Positions 38,393 to 45,599 of a stretch of 47,944 bases of DNA are shown piece after piece; positions within the stretch are counted from its first letter, which is position 1, and each line of letters begins with the position of its first letter. The DNA is from Candidatus Parcubacteria bacterium (lineage in GTDB: Bacteria; Patescibacteriota; Minisyncoccia; Minisyncoccales; JAGMDC01): the NCBI GenBank assembly GCA_023130975.1, contig JAGMAD010000003.1:195692-243635 (forward strand), in the 5' to 3' direction. Both the position numbers and the translations under genes were made by a program. The notes under the pieces are model-generated. The model was not told the origin of the DNA and did not search any database. It saw only the letters and a list, made by a program, of their open reading frames with translations.

Positions 38393-38848
38393 GTGTTAGT
38401 TATTCGTTTTTTAAGAAAAGGTAAAAAAAATCAACCGTTTTTCAGAATAGTGGTCACTGATAAAAGAAATCCTCCTCAAGGAGGTCGGTTTTTGGAAATT
38501 TTAGGTTTTTATAATCCTTTAACAAAAGAAAAAAAAGTAAAAACAGAGCGGGTAAAACATTGGTTGTCAGTCGGCGCAAAACCATCAGACACAGTTTATA
38601 ATTTGCTAATTTCAGAAGGTGTTATAAAAGCAAAAAAATTGCCTGTTCATTCTAAAGCAAAGAAAAAGAAAAAAGAACCTGCCTCTACTGAAGCTACGAA
38701 GGGCAAGGAAGAACCAAAGGTAAAATCAGCCGCTCCCGAAGGGAGCGAGCCTCGCCCAGAAAATTCTGGGCGGGAAGAAAAGCCAGTAGAAAAGAAACCA
38801 AAAGAACCTGCCTCCGCTGAAGCTACGGCAGGCAGGGAAAAACCTTAA
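38393..38848 (+). CDS. rpsP: Ribosomal protein S16 with a repeat-derived C-terminal extension of about 65 aa
   Basis: MLVIRFLRKGKKNQPFFRIVVTDKR...ERVKHWLSVGAKPSDTV is S16. The tail KKEPASTEATKGKEEP...KKPKEPASAEATAGREKP is built from hairpin cassettes. Confidence 0.9.
   Translation: MLVIRFLRKGKKNQPFFRIVVTDKRNPPQGGRFLEILGFYNPLTKEKKVKTERVKHWLSVGAKPSDTVYNLLISEGVIKAKKLPVHSKAKKKKKEPASTEATKGKEEPKVKSAAPEGSEPRPENSGREEKPVEKKPKEPASAEATAGREKP
38673..38838 (+). repeat. Two copies of the GC-rich hairpin cassette plus two other GC hairpins, all inside the rpsP 3' extension
   Basis: AAAGAACCTGCCTCTACTGAAGCTACGAAGGGCAAGGAA (38673-38709) and AAAGAACCTGCCTCCGCTGAAGCTACGGCAGGCAGGGAA (38802-38838). CGCTCCC-GAA-GGGAGCG and CGCCCAGA-AAAT-TCTGGGCG lie between them. 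Confidence 0.85.
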
Positions 38849-38916
38849 CCCCCACACCATAACGAGCATTGCGCTAAGCGCAAACAAATGAAATTTATGC
38901 TCGTTTGGTGTGGGGG
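38849..38916 (+). terminator. Long GC-rich stem-loop immediately after rpsP (terminator-like, no clear U-run)
   Basis: CCCCCACACCATAACGAGCAT...ATGCTCGTTTGGTGTGGGGG (one mismatch/bulge) with an inner TGCGC-TAA-GCGCA hairpin. Confidence 0.5.
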
Positions 38917-38944
38917 TTGACAAATTCTATAAAAGTAATAATAT
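38917..38944 (+). promoter_or_regulatory. sigma70-like promoter upstream of the KH-protein gene
   Basis: GGGGG-TTGACA (38917-38922), 16 nt, TAATAT (38939-38944). Confidence 0.5.
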
Positions 38945-39053
38945 AATGAATATAGTAGCTTTTTCAGATTTGCCGATTCTCAGAAAGAAAGAATCGGAAG
39001 CAAAAGGTCGGGCTACTGAATGAAGAAAAATTAAATTAAGATAGTAAAGATTT

Positions 39054-39374
39054 ATGCCAAAAGACAGTGATAAAGAATTTCTTGAGTACATTATTAAGGC
39101 ATTAGTTGATCACCCTGAGGATGTTAAGGTAGACAGAAAAGTAGATGAAATGGGGGTATTGCTTTCTCTTAAAATTAACTCTGAAGATATGGGTCAGATT
39201 ATTGGGAAAGCCGGCTCCACTGCGAGGTCTATTCGAAACTTAGTCAGGATTGTTGGTCTTAAAAACCATGCTCGGGTCAATTTGAAGATTGAAGAACCTG
39301 AAGGTGGTAGAGCTGCTCCTCGAGAAAGAAAAGAAACCAGTGCTAAAGAAGGACTGGATGACTTAAAACTGTAA
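39054..39374 (+). CDS. KH-domain RNA-binding protein (YlqC/UPF0109 family)
   Basis: 106 aa. LVDHPEDVKVDRKVDEMGVLLSLKINSEDMGQIIGKAGSTARSIRNLV. Conserved position between rpsP and trmD. Confidence 0.85.
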   Translation: MPKDSDKEFLEYIIKALVDHPEDVKVDRKVDEMGVLLSLKINSEDMGQIIGKAGSTARSIRNLVRIVGLKNHARVNLKIEEPEGGRAAPRERKETSAKEGLDDLKL

Positions 39375-39408
39375 ACGCGATCTCAAGAATCGTTTACAAA
39401 CAATAAGA

Positions 39409-39445
39409 AACCGTGCTATCATACTTGATAGCGCGGTTTTCGTTT
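39409..39445 (+). terminator. Hairpin plus T-rich tract between the KH gene and trmD
   Basis: AACCGTGCTATCA-TACT-TGATAGCGCGGTT (13 bp, one G-U) followed by TTCGTTT. Confidence 0.5.
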
Positions 39446-40132
39446 ATGATGAGATTTGACATTATTACAATTTTTCCAGAGATTTTCGACTCTTATTTTA
39501 AAGAGAGTTTGATTTTCCGTGCCCAAAAAAAGAAATTAATCCAGATTAAAGTCCATAATCTAAGAGATTATACTAATAATAGACATCAAGTTGTTGATGA
39601 TAGGCCTTTTGGCGGCGGTTTTGGAATGGTGATGAAGATAGAACCAATTTTTAAGGCAGTCAAGAGCATTAAGTCAAGAGTCAAGAGTCAAGAGTCAAGA
39701 GTCATATTATTTACTCCCAGAGGCAGAAAGTTTAATCAAAAAACAGCTTATCAACTTTCTAAAAATGACCAGCTTATTTTAATTTGCGGCAGATATGAAG
39801 GCATTGATGAACGGGTAGCAAAAATTGCTGATATGGAGGTGTCAATAGGTGATTACGATTTAATGGGAGGGGAATTGCCAGCAATGATAGTAATAGAGAC
39901 GGTTTCCAGATTAATCCCGGGAGTGATTAAATCTCAATTATTGAAAGAAAGGATACCTTCTGTTCGCGGAAGAGCTGGCAGGGGATTTATTGAATATCCC
40001 CAATATACCAGGCCAGAAGTATTTAGTCCTAAAAAGGGTGTTTCTTGGAAAGCTCCAAAAATTCTGTTATCCGGTGATCATAAAAAAATTCAAGAGTGGC
40101 GAAAAAAACATCAAAAAATCATCTCGTCCTGA
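39446..40132 (+). CDS. trmD: tRNA (guanine37-N1)-methyltransferase
   Basis: MMRFDIITIFPEIFDSYF..., VDDRPFGGGFGMVM, GRYEGIDERV, IGDYDLMGGELPAM. Start set at ATG 39446. Confidence 0.92.
   Translation: MMRFDIITIFPEIFDSYFKESLIFRAQKKKLIQIKVHNLRDYTNNRHQVVDDRPFGGGFGMVMKIEPIFKAVKSIKSRVKSQESRVILFTPRGRKFNQKTAYQLSKNDQLILICGRYEGIDERVAKIADMEVSIGDYDLMGGELPAMIVIETVSRLIPGVIKSQLLKERIPSVRGRAGRGFIEYPQYTRPEVFSPKKGVSWKAPKILLSGDHKKIQEWRKKHQKIISS
39659..39700 (+). repeat. Heptanucleotide repeat (GTCAAGA; 1 + 4 tandem copies) inside trmD
   Basis: GTCAAGA at 39659, then 39673, 39680, 39687 and 39694. Translated as VKSIKSRVKSQESRV. Confidence 0.9.
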
Positions 40133-40186
40133 ACCTGCCAAAGGATTGAAAATTAAAACTTTTTATGGTAGATTATAGATATAAAA

Positions 40187-40269
40187 GGGTAGGTGGCGGA
40201 GTAGTCAAACGCAGCAGTCTGTAAAACTGCCGACTTCGGTCTACGGGGGTGCGAATCCCTCCCTGCCCA
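40187..40269 (+). tRNA. tRNA-Tyr (GUA), long variable arm
   Basis: GGGTAGG...GCAGT-CTGTAAA-ACTGC, variable arm CGACTTCGGTCTA, T arm GGGGG-TGCGAAT-CCCTC, acceptor CCTGCCC-A. Confidence 0.85.
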
Positions 40270-40325
40270 CAAGCGGTTACTTTCAGCGACCTAAAATCAA
40301 AAATCAAATCTCAAAAATCAAAAAA

Positions 40326-40409
40326 ATGACAGAATTGATTTATTATCAAGACCAATATAAAACAGAAATTGAAGCGAAGGTAATAAAGGTTGAAGGAAAT
40401 AAAATTTTT
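40326..40409 (+). pseudogene. Possible remnant of the 5' end of an AlaX-type (alanyl-tRNA-synthetase-related editing protein) gene
   Basis: MTELIYYQDQYKTEIEAKVIKVEGNKIF resembles the conserved N-terminus of COG2872/AlaX proteins. The frame runs straight into tRNA-Thr and stops at 40428-40430. Confidence 0.3.
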
Positions 40410-40481
40410 GCCCGGATAGTTCAGTGGTAGAACATCTTCTTGGTAAGAAGAAGGTCGTGAGTCCAATTCTCACTCCGGGCT
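40410..40481 (+). tRNA. tRNA-Thr (GGU)
   Basis: GCCCGGA-TA-GTTC-AGTGGTA-GAAC-A-TCTTC-TTGGTAA-GAAGA-AGGTC-GTGAG-TCCAATT-CTCAC-TCCGGGC-T. Confidence 0.88.
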
Positions 40482-40565
40482 CAAAAGGTTTATTTTTAAT
40501 TTTTGCTTTGTCATTTTGCATTTTTCATTTTGAATTTTACACTTGACTAAGCGAAGCGAGGGAAC

Positions 40566-40730
40566 ATGGCAACAAAAAAGAAACCATTTATAAAAATGCA
40601 GTGTCAAATCTGCAAAAGAATAAATTATTTCACAAAGAAATCAAAGGGTATGATTGAGGAGAAGTTAGAATTGAAGAAATTCTGCAAGTGGTGCAGGAAG
40701 CATACAAAGCATAAAGAGATGAAGAGATGA
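40566..40730 (+). CDS. rpmG: Ribosomal protein L33
   Basis: Below the ORF-track cutoff. MATKKKPFIKMQCQICKRINYFTKKSKGMIEEKLELKKFCKWCRKHTKHKEMKR (54 aa; CxxC...CxxC). Preceded by the TTGACTAAGCGAAGCGAGGGAAC cassette. Confidence 0.85.
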   Translation: MATKKKPFIKMQCQICKRINYFTKKSKGMIEEKLELKKFCKWCRKHTKHKEMKR

Positions 40731-40801
40731 TTTAGAATTTAAAATTAAGACATTAAAAATTATCTAAAAATTACAAAATTAAAAATTAAAAATTTACATA
40801 A

Positions 40802-40876
40802 AGGGGCGTGGTGAAATGGCTATCATAGGAATCTCCAAAATTCTTGTTTCGGGTTCGAATCCTGGCGCCCCTGCCA
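40802..40876 (+). tRNA. tRNA-Trp (CCA), 3' CCA encoded
   Basis: AGGGGCG-TG-GTGA-AATGGCTA-TCAT-A-GGAAT-CTCCAAA-ATTCT-TGTT-TCGGG-TTCGAAT-CCTGG-CGCCCCT-G-CCA. Confidence 0.88.
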
Positions 40877-40881
40877 AAAAT

Positions 40882-42492
40882 ATGGCTAAAAAAAATATTA
40901 TTATCATAGCCGTTGTCCTGATAATCGTTGTTTTATTCGGTTATCAGAAATTTTTTAGGGAAACAGAGTTGCCTTTTACTTTGGCTGAAGTTGTAATGGG
41001 AGATATTTTCCAGGAAATTTCTGAAACCGGTGAGATAAAAAAAGGAGAAGAAATCAATCTTAGCTTCAAAAGCACAGGAATAATTGAAAAAATATATGTT
41101 AATAAAGGCGATATAGTTGAGAAAGGCGCTTCTTTAGTAAAAATAGATGACAGCCAGCTTCAAATTCAGCTCAAGGAAGCTCAAGCTGGATTAGATTTAT
41201 ATCAGGCAAAGTTAGATAAGCTTTTAGCTGGTTCAAGCCCAGAAGAAATTCAGGTCGCTGAAACCGCTATGGTTAATGCTCAAATTTCTTTAGAAAATGC
41301 CAGAAAAAATTTAGAGGATGTAGAAACAAAAGCAAATGAAAATATTAATCAGGCATATGAAGACGCCTTAAATGTTTTAGATGATTCTGAATTAAAAATT
41401 TACAATGCCTTGAATACAGCAGATTCAATTCAAAGAACATATTTTACTTCCAATGACCAGGAAAGCATTAAAGTGGTGGAAAACAGAGATAAAATAAAGA
41501 CAGCTTTAGATACAGTAAAGCCTTATCTTGATGAAGCAAAGCTGGATTCTAAAAATGAAGATATTGATATTGCTCTTTCAGAAATAAAAAAAGCGCTTGA
41601 GGATACCTATGATAGTCTAAAGATTATTAGAGAAAGTTGTGAAGAACCGCTTTATCGCGGCACTGTTTCTTCTACTGATAAGTCTTCTTTGGACACTCAT
41701 CGGGGATATATTAATACTGCTTTAACTAATACAGTGAATTCCCAGCAGACGATTTCTTCTGCCAAAATTACCAACACTACAAACATTAATACTGCTCAGG
41801 CAACTGTTTCTTCATCTGAAGGCGCTTTAAAGGCGGCGCAGGATGCTTTAGCTGTATTATTAGCTGAGCCTCGTAAAGAGGACATTATATTATATCAAGC
41901 CCAAGTCAACCAGGCAAAAGCCCAAGTCCAGCTTTTAAACGAGCAAATTCAAGAGACAATTTTAAGGAGTCCTGCTGATGTGCAGATTACCAAGATACAT
42001 AAAAAGGTAAAAGAAATGGTGCAGCCATCATTGCAAGATCCTGTGATTTCTTTGCTGCCGCTTGCCTTATTTGAAATAGAGGTGAATATTTATGAAGAAG
42101 ATGTAGTAAAAATGGATATTGGCAACCCTGTAGACATTTTTTTAGTTGCTTTTCCTGGCCAGGCCTTTCAAGGGGAGGTAATATCAATTGATCCGGCACA
42201 AGAGCTTATTGACGGAGTGGTTTATTATAAGGCAGCTATCAATCCCGGAGAAATTCCAGATCAGGTTAAGCCTGGAATGACTGCTGACTTAATTATTAAA
42301 ACTGCATTCAGGGAAAACGTATTAATTATTCCTGAAGATGGAATCCAATACAAAGAAGGTAAAAAGGTAGTTAAAGTTTTTAAAGACGGTTCAATAGAAG
42401 AAAGAGAAGTTATTATTGGACTTCAAGGCAGTGACTATATGGTTGAGGTTGTATCTGGTTTAGAAGAAGGTGAGAATATAATTTTGCCATAA
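40882..42492 (+). CDS. Periplasmic adaptor (HlyD/MacA-like membrane-fusion protein) of an ABC exporter
   Basis: N-terminal anchor MAKKNIIIIAVVLIIVVLF, long coiled-coil hairpin region, beta-barrel C-terminus. Followed by MacB-like ATPase and permease. The track ORF from 40816 overlaps tRNA-Trp. Confidence 0.8.
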   Translation: MAKKNIIIIAVVLIIVVLFGYQKFFRETELPFTLAEVVMGDIFQEISETGEIKKGEEINLSFKSTGIIEKIYVNKGDIVEKGASLVKIDDSQLQIQLKEAQAGLDLYQAKLDKLLAGSSPEEIQVAETAMVNAQISLENARKNLEDVETKANENINQAYEDALNVLDDSELKIYNALNTADSIQRTYFTSNDQESIKVVENRDKIKTALDTVKPYLDEAKLDSKNEDIDIALSEIKKALEDTYDSLKIIRESCEEPLYRGTVSSTDKSSLDTHRGYINTALTNTVNSQQTISSAKITNTTNINTAQATVSSSEGALKAAQDALAVLLAEPRKEDIILYQAQVNQAKAQVQLLNEQIQETILRSPADVQITKIHKKVKEMVQPSLQDPVISLLPLALFEIEVNIYEEDVVKMDIGNPVDIFLVAFPGQAFQGEVISIDPAQELIDGVVYYKAAINPGEIPDQVKPGMTADLIIKTAFRENVLIIPEDGIQYKEGKKVVKVFKDGSIEEREVIIGLQGSDYMVEVVSGLEEGENIILP

Positions 42493-43208
42493 TGGAAAAA
42501 CCCATCATTAAATTAGAAAATGTTTGGAAGACCTATAAATTAGGCAAAGTTGACCTCAATGCTATTAAGGGGATAGACCTGGAAGTTTTTCCAGGTTCTT
42601 TTGTAACTATAATGGGCGCTTCAGGCTCTGGAAAATCTACTCTCTTAAACATTATAGGTTGTTTAGATACTCCAACTAAAGGAAAAGTTTTTTTAAAAAA
42701 CAAGGATATTTCTATGCTTTCTGAAAATCAGTTGTCCCAACTTAGGGGCAAAACAATTGGTTTTATCTTTCAGGAATTTAATTTGTTGCCTAATCTTAAT
42801 GCTTTAGAAAATGTGATGCTGCCAATGGTTTTCCAGGGAGTGCCGTTAGAAGAGAGAAAAAAACGAGCAAAGCAGCTTTTAATCTCAATGCATTTAGGAG
42901 AAAGAATTTTTCACCAGCCAGCCGAACTTTCCGGAGGCGAACGACAAAGGGTGGCTGCGGCCCGGGCTTTTGCCAATAATCCAGAGCTAGTAATAGCTGA
43001 TGAGCCTACTGGGAATTTGGATTCAACAACTGGAAAAAAAATAATGGAAGTTTTGACAAATTTCCACAAAGAACGAGGAAAAACCATAATAGTTGTTACC
43101 CATGATCCAAATATTGCCAGCTATACTGAAGAAATAATTAATATTAAAGACGGCGAAATAATCGCTAATCATAAGCAAGCAGATAAGGTTTTATGGAACA
43201 AACAATAG
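42492..43208 (+). CDS. ABC transporter ATP-binding protein (MacB/LolD/FtsE-like)
   Basis: Walker A GASGSGKST, Q-loop, signature LSGGERQR, Walker B VIADEPT. Confidence 0.92.
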   Translation: MEKPIIKLENVWKTYKLGKVDLNAIKGIDLEVFPGSFVTIMGASGSGKSTLLNIIGCLDTPTKGKVFLKNKDISMLSENQLSQLRGKTIGFIFQEFNLLPNLNALENVMLPMVFQGVPLEERKKRAKQLLISMHLGERIFHQPAELSGGERQRVAAARAFANNPELVIADEPTGNLDSTTGKKIMEVLTNFHKERGKTIIVVTHDPNIASYTEEIINIKDGEIIANHKQADKVLWNKQ

Positions 43209-44434
43209 AGCAAACAAAGGAATATTTTTATATCGCCTTAAGAAACATAAGAACCAGACGTTTAAGAAGTTCATTGACTGTTTTAGGCATTGTTATTGGC
43301 GTGTTTTTAATAATTTCCTTACTTTCTTTAAGCGAAGGACTGAAAACAACCATTAACCAGCAATTACAGGCAATGGGCGGGGAAATGGTTATAGTAATGC
43401 CCGGCGGCGAGGAAGATATTCTTACCAGCATGATGTTTGGCGGCGCAAAATTAGAAAAACAAGATATTGAGGCAATCAAAAAAGCAAAAGGCGTAGATAA
43501 AGTTTTAGGATATTCTTATACCGGAACTATTGCAAGATATAAAGATGAATCAAAACAAATTGCTATGTGTGGTTACGACCCTTGGAAAGAAGGTTTGGAT
43601 ATTTTGAGTATTTTTCAGGGTTGGAGTTTAGCAGAAGGAAGATGGCCCAGCAAGCAAAATCAGATTTTAATCGGTCAATACATAGCTAATGAAATTTTCT
43701 CAAAAAAGATAAAAGCAGGCTCAGAAATGGTGATAAAAGGAAAAAAGTTTGAGGTGGCGGGAATATTAAATTCCTTGGGAAGCCGGCAGGATGACAGCAT
43801 GGTTTATATGGATATGAAGATATATCAAGATTTAACCGGAGAAAAACGCGGTACTGCCGCGTATGCAATAGTTAAACTTGAACAAGGAGCAGACGAAAAC
43901 GCGGTGAAAACAGAGATTGAAGCCAGCCTTGAAAAAACAAGAAAAAGAAGGGCTGGAACAGATGTTGCTGATTTTAGTGTAATTACTTCAGAAAAGATGG
44001 GTGAACTTGTAGGTACTATTTTAGGCATAATTCAGATTGTTATTATTGGATTTGCCAGTATTGCCATTCTCGTGGGCGGCATTGGAATTACAAACAGTAT
44101 GTTTACTTCAGTTAGAGAGAGAACTAAAGAGATTGGCATTATGAAAGCGATTGGAGCCAAGAATTCAGCAATTCTGTCAATCTTTTTAATTGAAGCAGGA
44201 ATAGTGGGGATTTTTGGCGGTGTAGGCGGATTATTGCTTGGCAGTATTCTTGCTAAAGCAATTGATTATTATAGTCAGATTAATCCCACCTTTTATTTTA
44301 CAACAACCATTTCTCCTTGGATGATTATTTTTGCTTTAATTTTTTCTTTTTCTATAGGATGTTTAGCAGGATTTTTTCCGGCTAGGGCAGCTGCTAAACT
44401 TAAACCAGTTGAAGCATTAAGAAGATATGAATAA
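43193..44434 (+). CDS. ABC transporter permease, MacB/FtsX family
   Basis: 413 aa. N-terminal TM, large periplasmic domain, C-terminal FtsX-type 3-TM bundle (VRERTKEIGIMKAIGA). Confidence 0.9.
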   Translation: MEQTIEQTKEYFYIALRNIRTRRLRSSLTVLGIVIGVFLIISLLSLSEGLKTTINQQLQAMGGEMVIVMPGGEEDILTSMMFGGAKLEKQDIEAIKKAKGVDKVLGYSYTGTIARYKDESKQIAMCGYDPWKEGLDILSIFQGWSLAEGRWPSKQNQILIGQYIANEIFSKKIKAGSEMVIKGKKFEVAGILNSLGSRQDDSMVYMDMKIYQDLTGEKRGTAAYAIVKLEQGADENAVKTEIEASLEKTRKRRAGTDVADFSVITSEKMGELVGTILGIIQIVIIGFASIAILVGGIGITNSMFTSVRERTKEIGIMKAIGAKNSAILSIFLIEAGIVGIFGGVGGLLLGSILAKAIDYYSQINPTFYFTTTISPWMIIFALIFSFSIGCLAGFFPARAAAKLKPVEALRRYE

Positions 44435-45056
44435 TTTAGTAGATTCTTTAATCAAAGAGGGGTGGCTGAAAACGCCGAGAATTATTGAAGCATTTAGGAA
44501 AATCAAAAGAAAAGATTTTTTGCCAGAAAACACAAGGCATTTGGCCGAGTTAAACGAGGCATTGCCTATTGGTTTTGGCCAGACAATTTCTCAGCCCCTG
44601 GTTGTTGCTTTTATGCTGGAGAAATTAGAGCCAGATGCAGGGGACAGGATTTTAGATATAGGTTCTGGTTCTGGCTGGACAACGGCTCTTTTGGCAGAAA
44701 TTGTTGGTGAAAAGGGGACTGTTTTTTCTTTTGAAATCATTCCTGAACTTATGGAGTTTGGTAAGAAAAATGTAGAAAAATATAATTTCTTAAAGAAAGG
44801 GATTGTAGAATTCTTTTGTGATGACGGTTCTAAGGGATATAGAGAAAAAGCTCCTTATGATAAGATTTTGGTTTCTGCTGCATTATATAAAGAACTTCCT
44901 CAAGCTTGGAAAAAACAGCTTGAAGTTCAAGGTAGAATTGTTGTTCCAATTGGCTCTTCAATTTGGCTTTTTGTTAAAAAATCCGAAGATAAATTTGATG
45001 AATACGAATATCCCGGCTTTGCTTTCGTCCCTTTAGTTACTAATAATAAATGTTGA
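44427..45056 (+). CDS. pcm: Protein-L-isoaspartate O-methyltransferase
   Basis: 209 aa. GFGQTISQPLVVAFMLE and SAM motif ILDIGSGSGWTTALLAEIVG. Confidence 0.88.
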   Translation: MNNLVDSLIKEGWLKTPRIIEAFRKIKRKDFLPENTRHLAELNEALPIGFGQTISQPLVVAFMLEKLEPDAGDRILDIGSGSGWTTALLAEIVGEKGTVFSFEIIPELMEFGKKNVEKYNFLKKGIVEFFCDDGSKGYREKAPYDKILVSAALYKELPQAWKKQLEVQGRIVVPIGSSIWLFVKKSEDKFDEYEYPGFAFVPLVTNNKC

Positions 45057-45174
45057 TGTTTGACATCAACAGCCACATCAACAGCCATCACGCATTAATT
45101 TTATGAAAAAATTTGAAAGAGAATCAAAAATTGGAATAAAGAAAGAAGAAGATAGAGAAGAAGGAAAACAAGAG

Positions 45175-45202
45175 TTGACATGGTTTTTTGATAATCTATA
45201 AT
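45175..45202 (+). promoter_or_regulatory. Consensus sigma70 promoter
   Basis: TTGACA (45175-45180), 16 nt, TATAAT (45197-45202), 27 nt upstream of ATG 45230. Confidence 0.65.
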
Positions 45203-45229
45203 GAAAATATATAAACTAAAATATTAATT

Positions 45230-45481
45230 ATGTTGATTGATGAAGATATTCAAAAAATCATAGAAGCTGAGAGAGAAGTATTCGCGACAAAAGAAGAATT
45301 TGAAGATTTTAGAGAAGAAATGAGAAAAAACTTTTCTGATTTACAGATTTCGGTTGATTCTTACGCTAAAAAAGCAGATAGTTACTTCCAGGAAATGGTT
45401 ATGTTAAGTCATAAAGTTGAAAGACATGAGAAATGGTTTCAGCAGATTGCAGATAAGATTGGAGTAAAATTAGAATACTAA
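45230..45481 (+). CDS. Small coiled-coil hypothetical protein (83 aa)
   Basis: Own promoter and terminator. Charged helical sequence. No family recognised. Confidence 0.6.
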   Translation: MLIDEDIQKIIEAEREVFATKEEFEDFREEMRKNFSDLQISVDSYAKKADSYFQEMVMLSHKVERHEKWFQQIADKIGVKLEY

Positions 45482-45511
45482 TCTTTTCTGTTATATTTAA
45501 ATTTACTTTTT

Positions 45512-45535
45512 ACCCGAGATTTTTCTCGGGTTTTA
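45512..45535 (+). terminator. Rho-independent terminator
   Basis: ACCCGAGA-TTTT-TCTCGGGT followed by TTTTA. Confidence 0.75.
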
Positions 45536-45599
45536 TGATAAAATAACTGTGATGAAAAAACTTATTATTTTCCGAGCGAAGCAAGGAAAACAAGGTTCT

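Noticed and set aside
39990-40178. 62-aa ORF (plus strand) overlapping the trmD 3' end, and the 40318-40521 minus-strand ORF
   Set aside because: The first is out of frame within well-supported trmD. The second is antisense to tRNA-Thr and low-complexity spacers.
45104-45202. 32-codon ORF MKKFERESKIGIKKEEDREEGKQELTWFFDNL
   Set aside because: It has no SD and overlaps the consensus promoter (45175-45202) of the next gene. It is probably non-coding.
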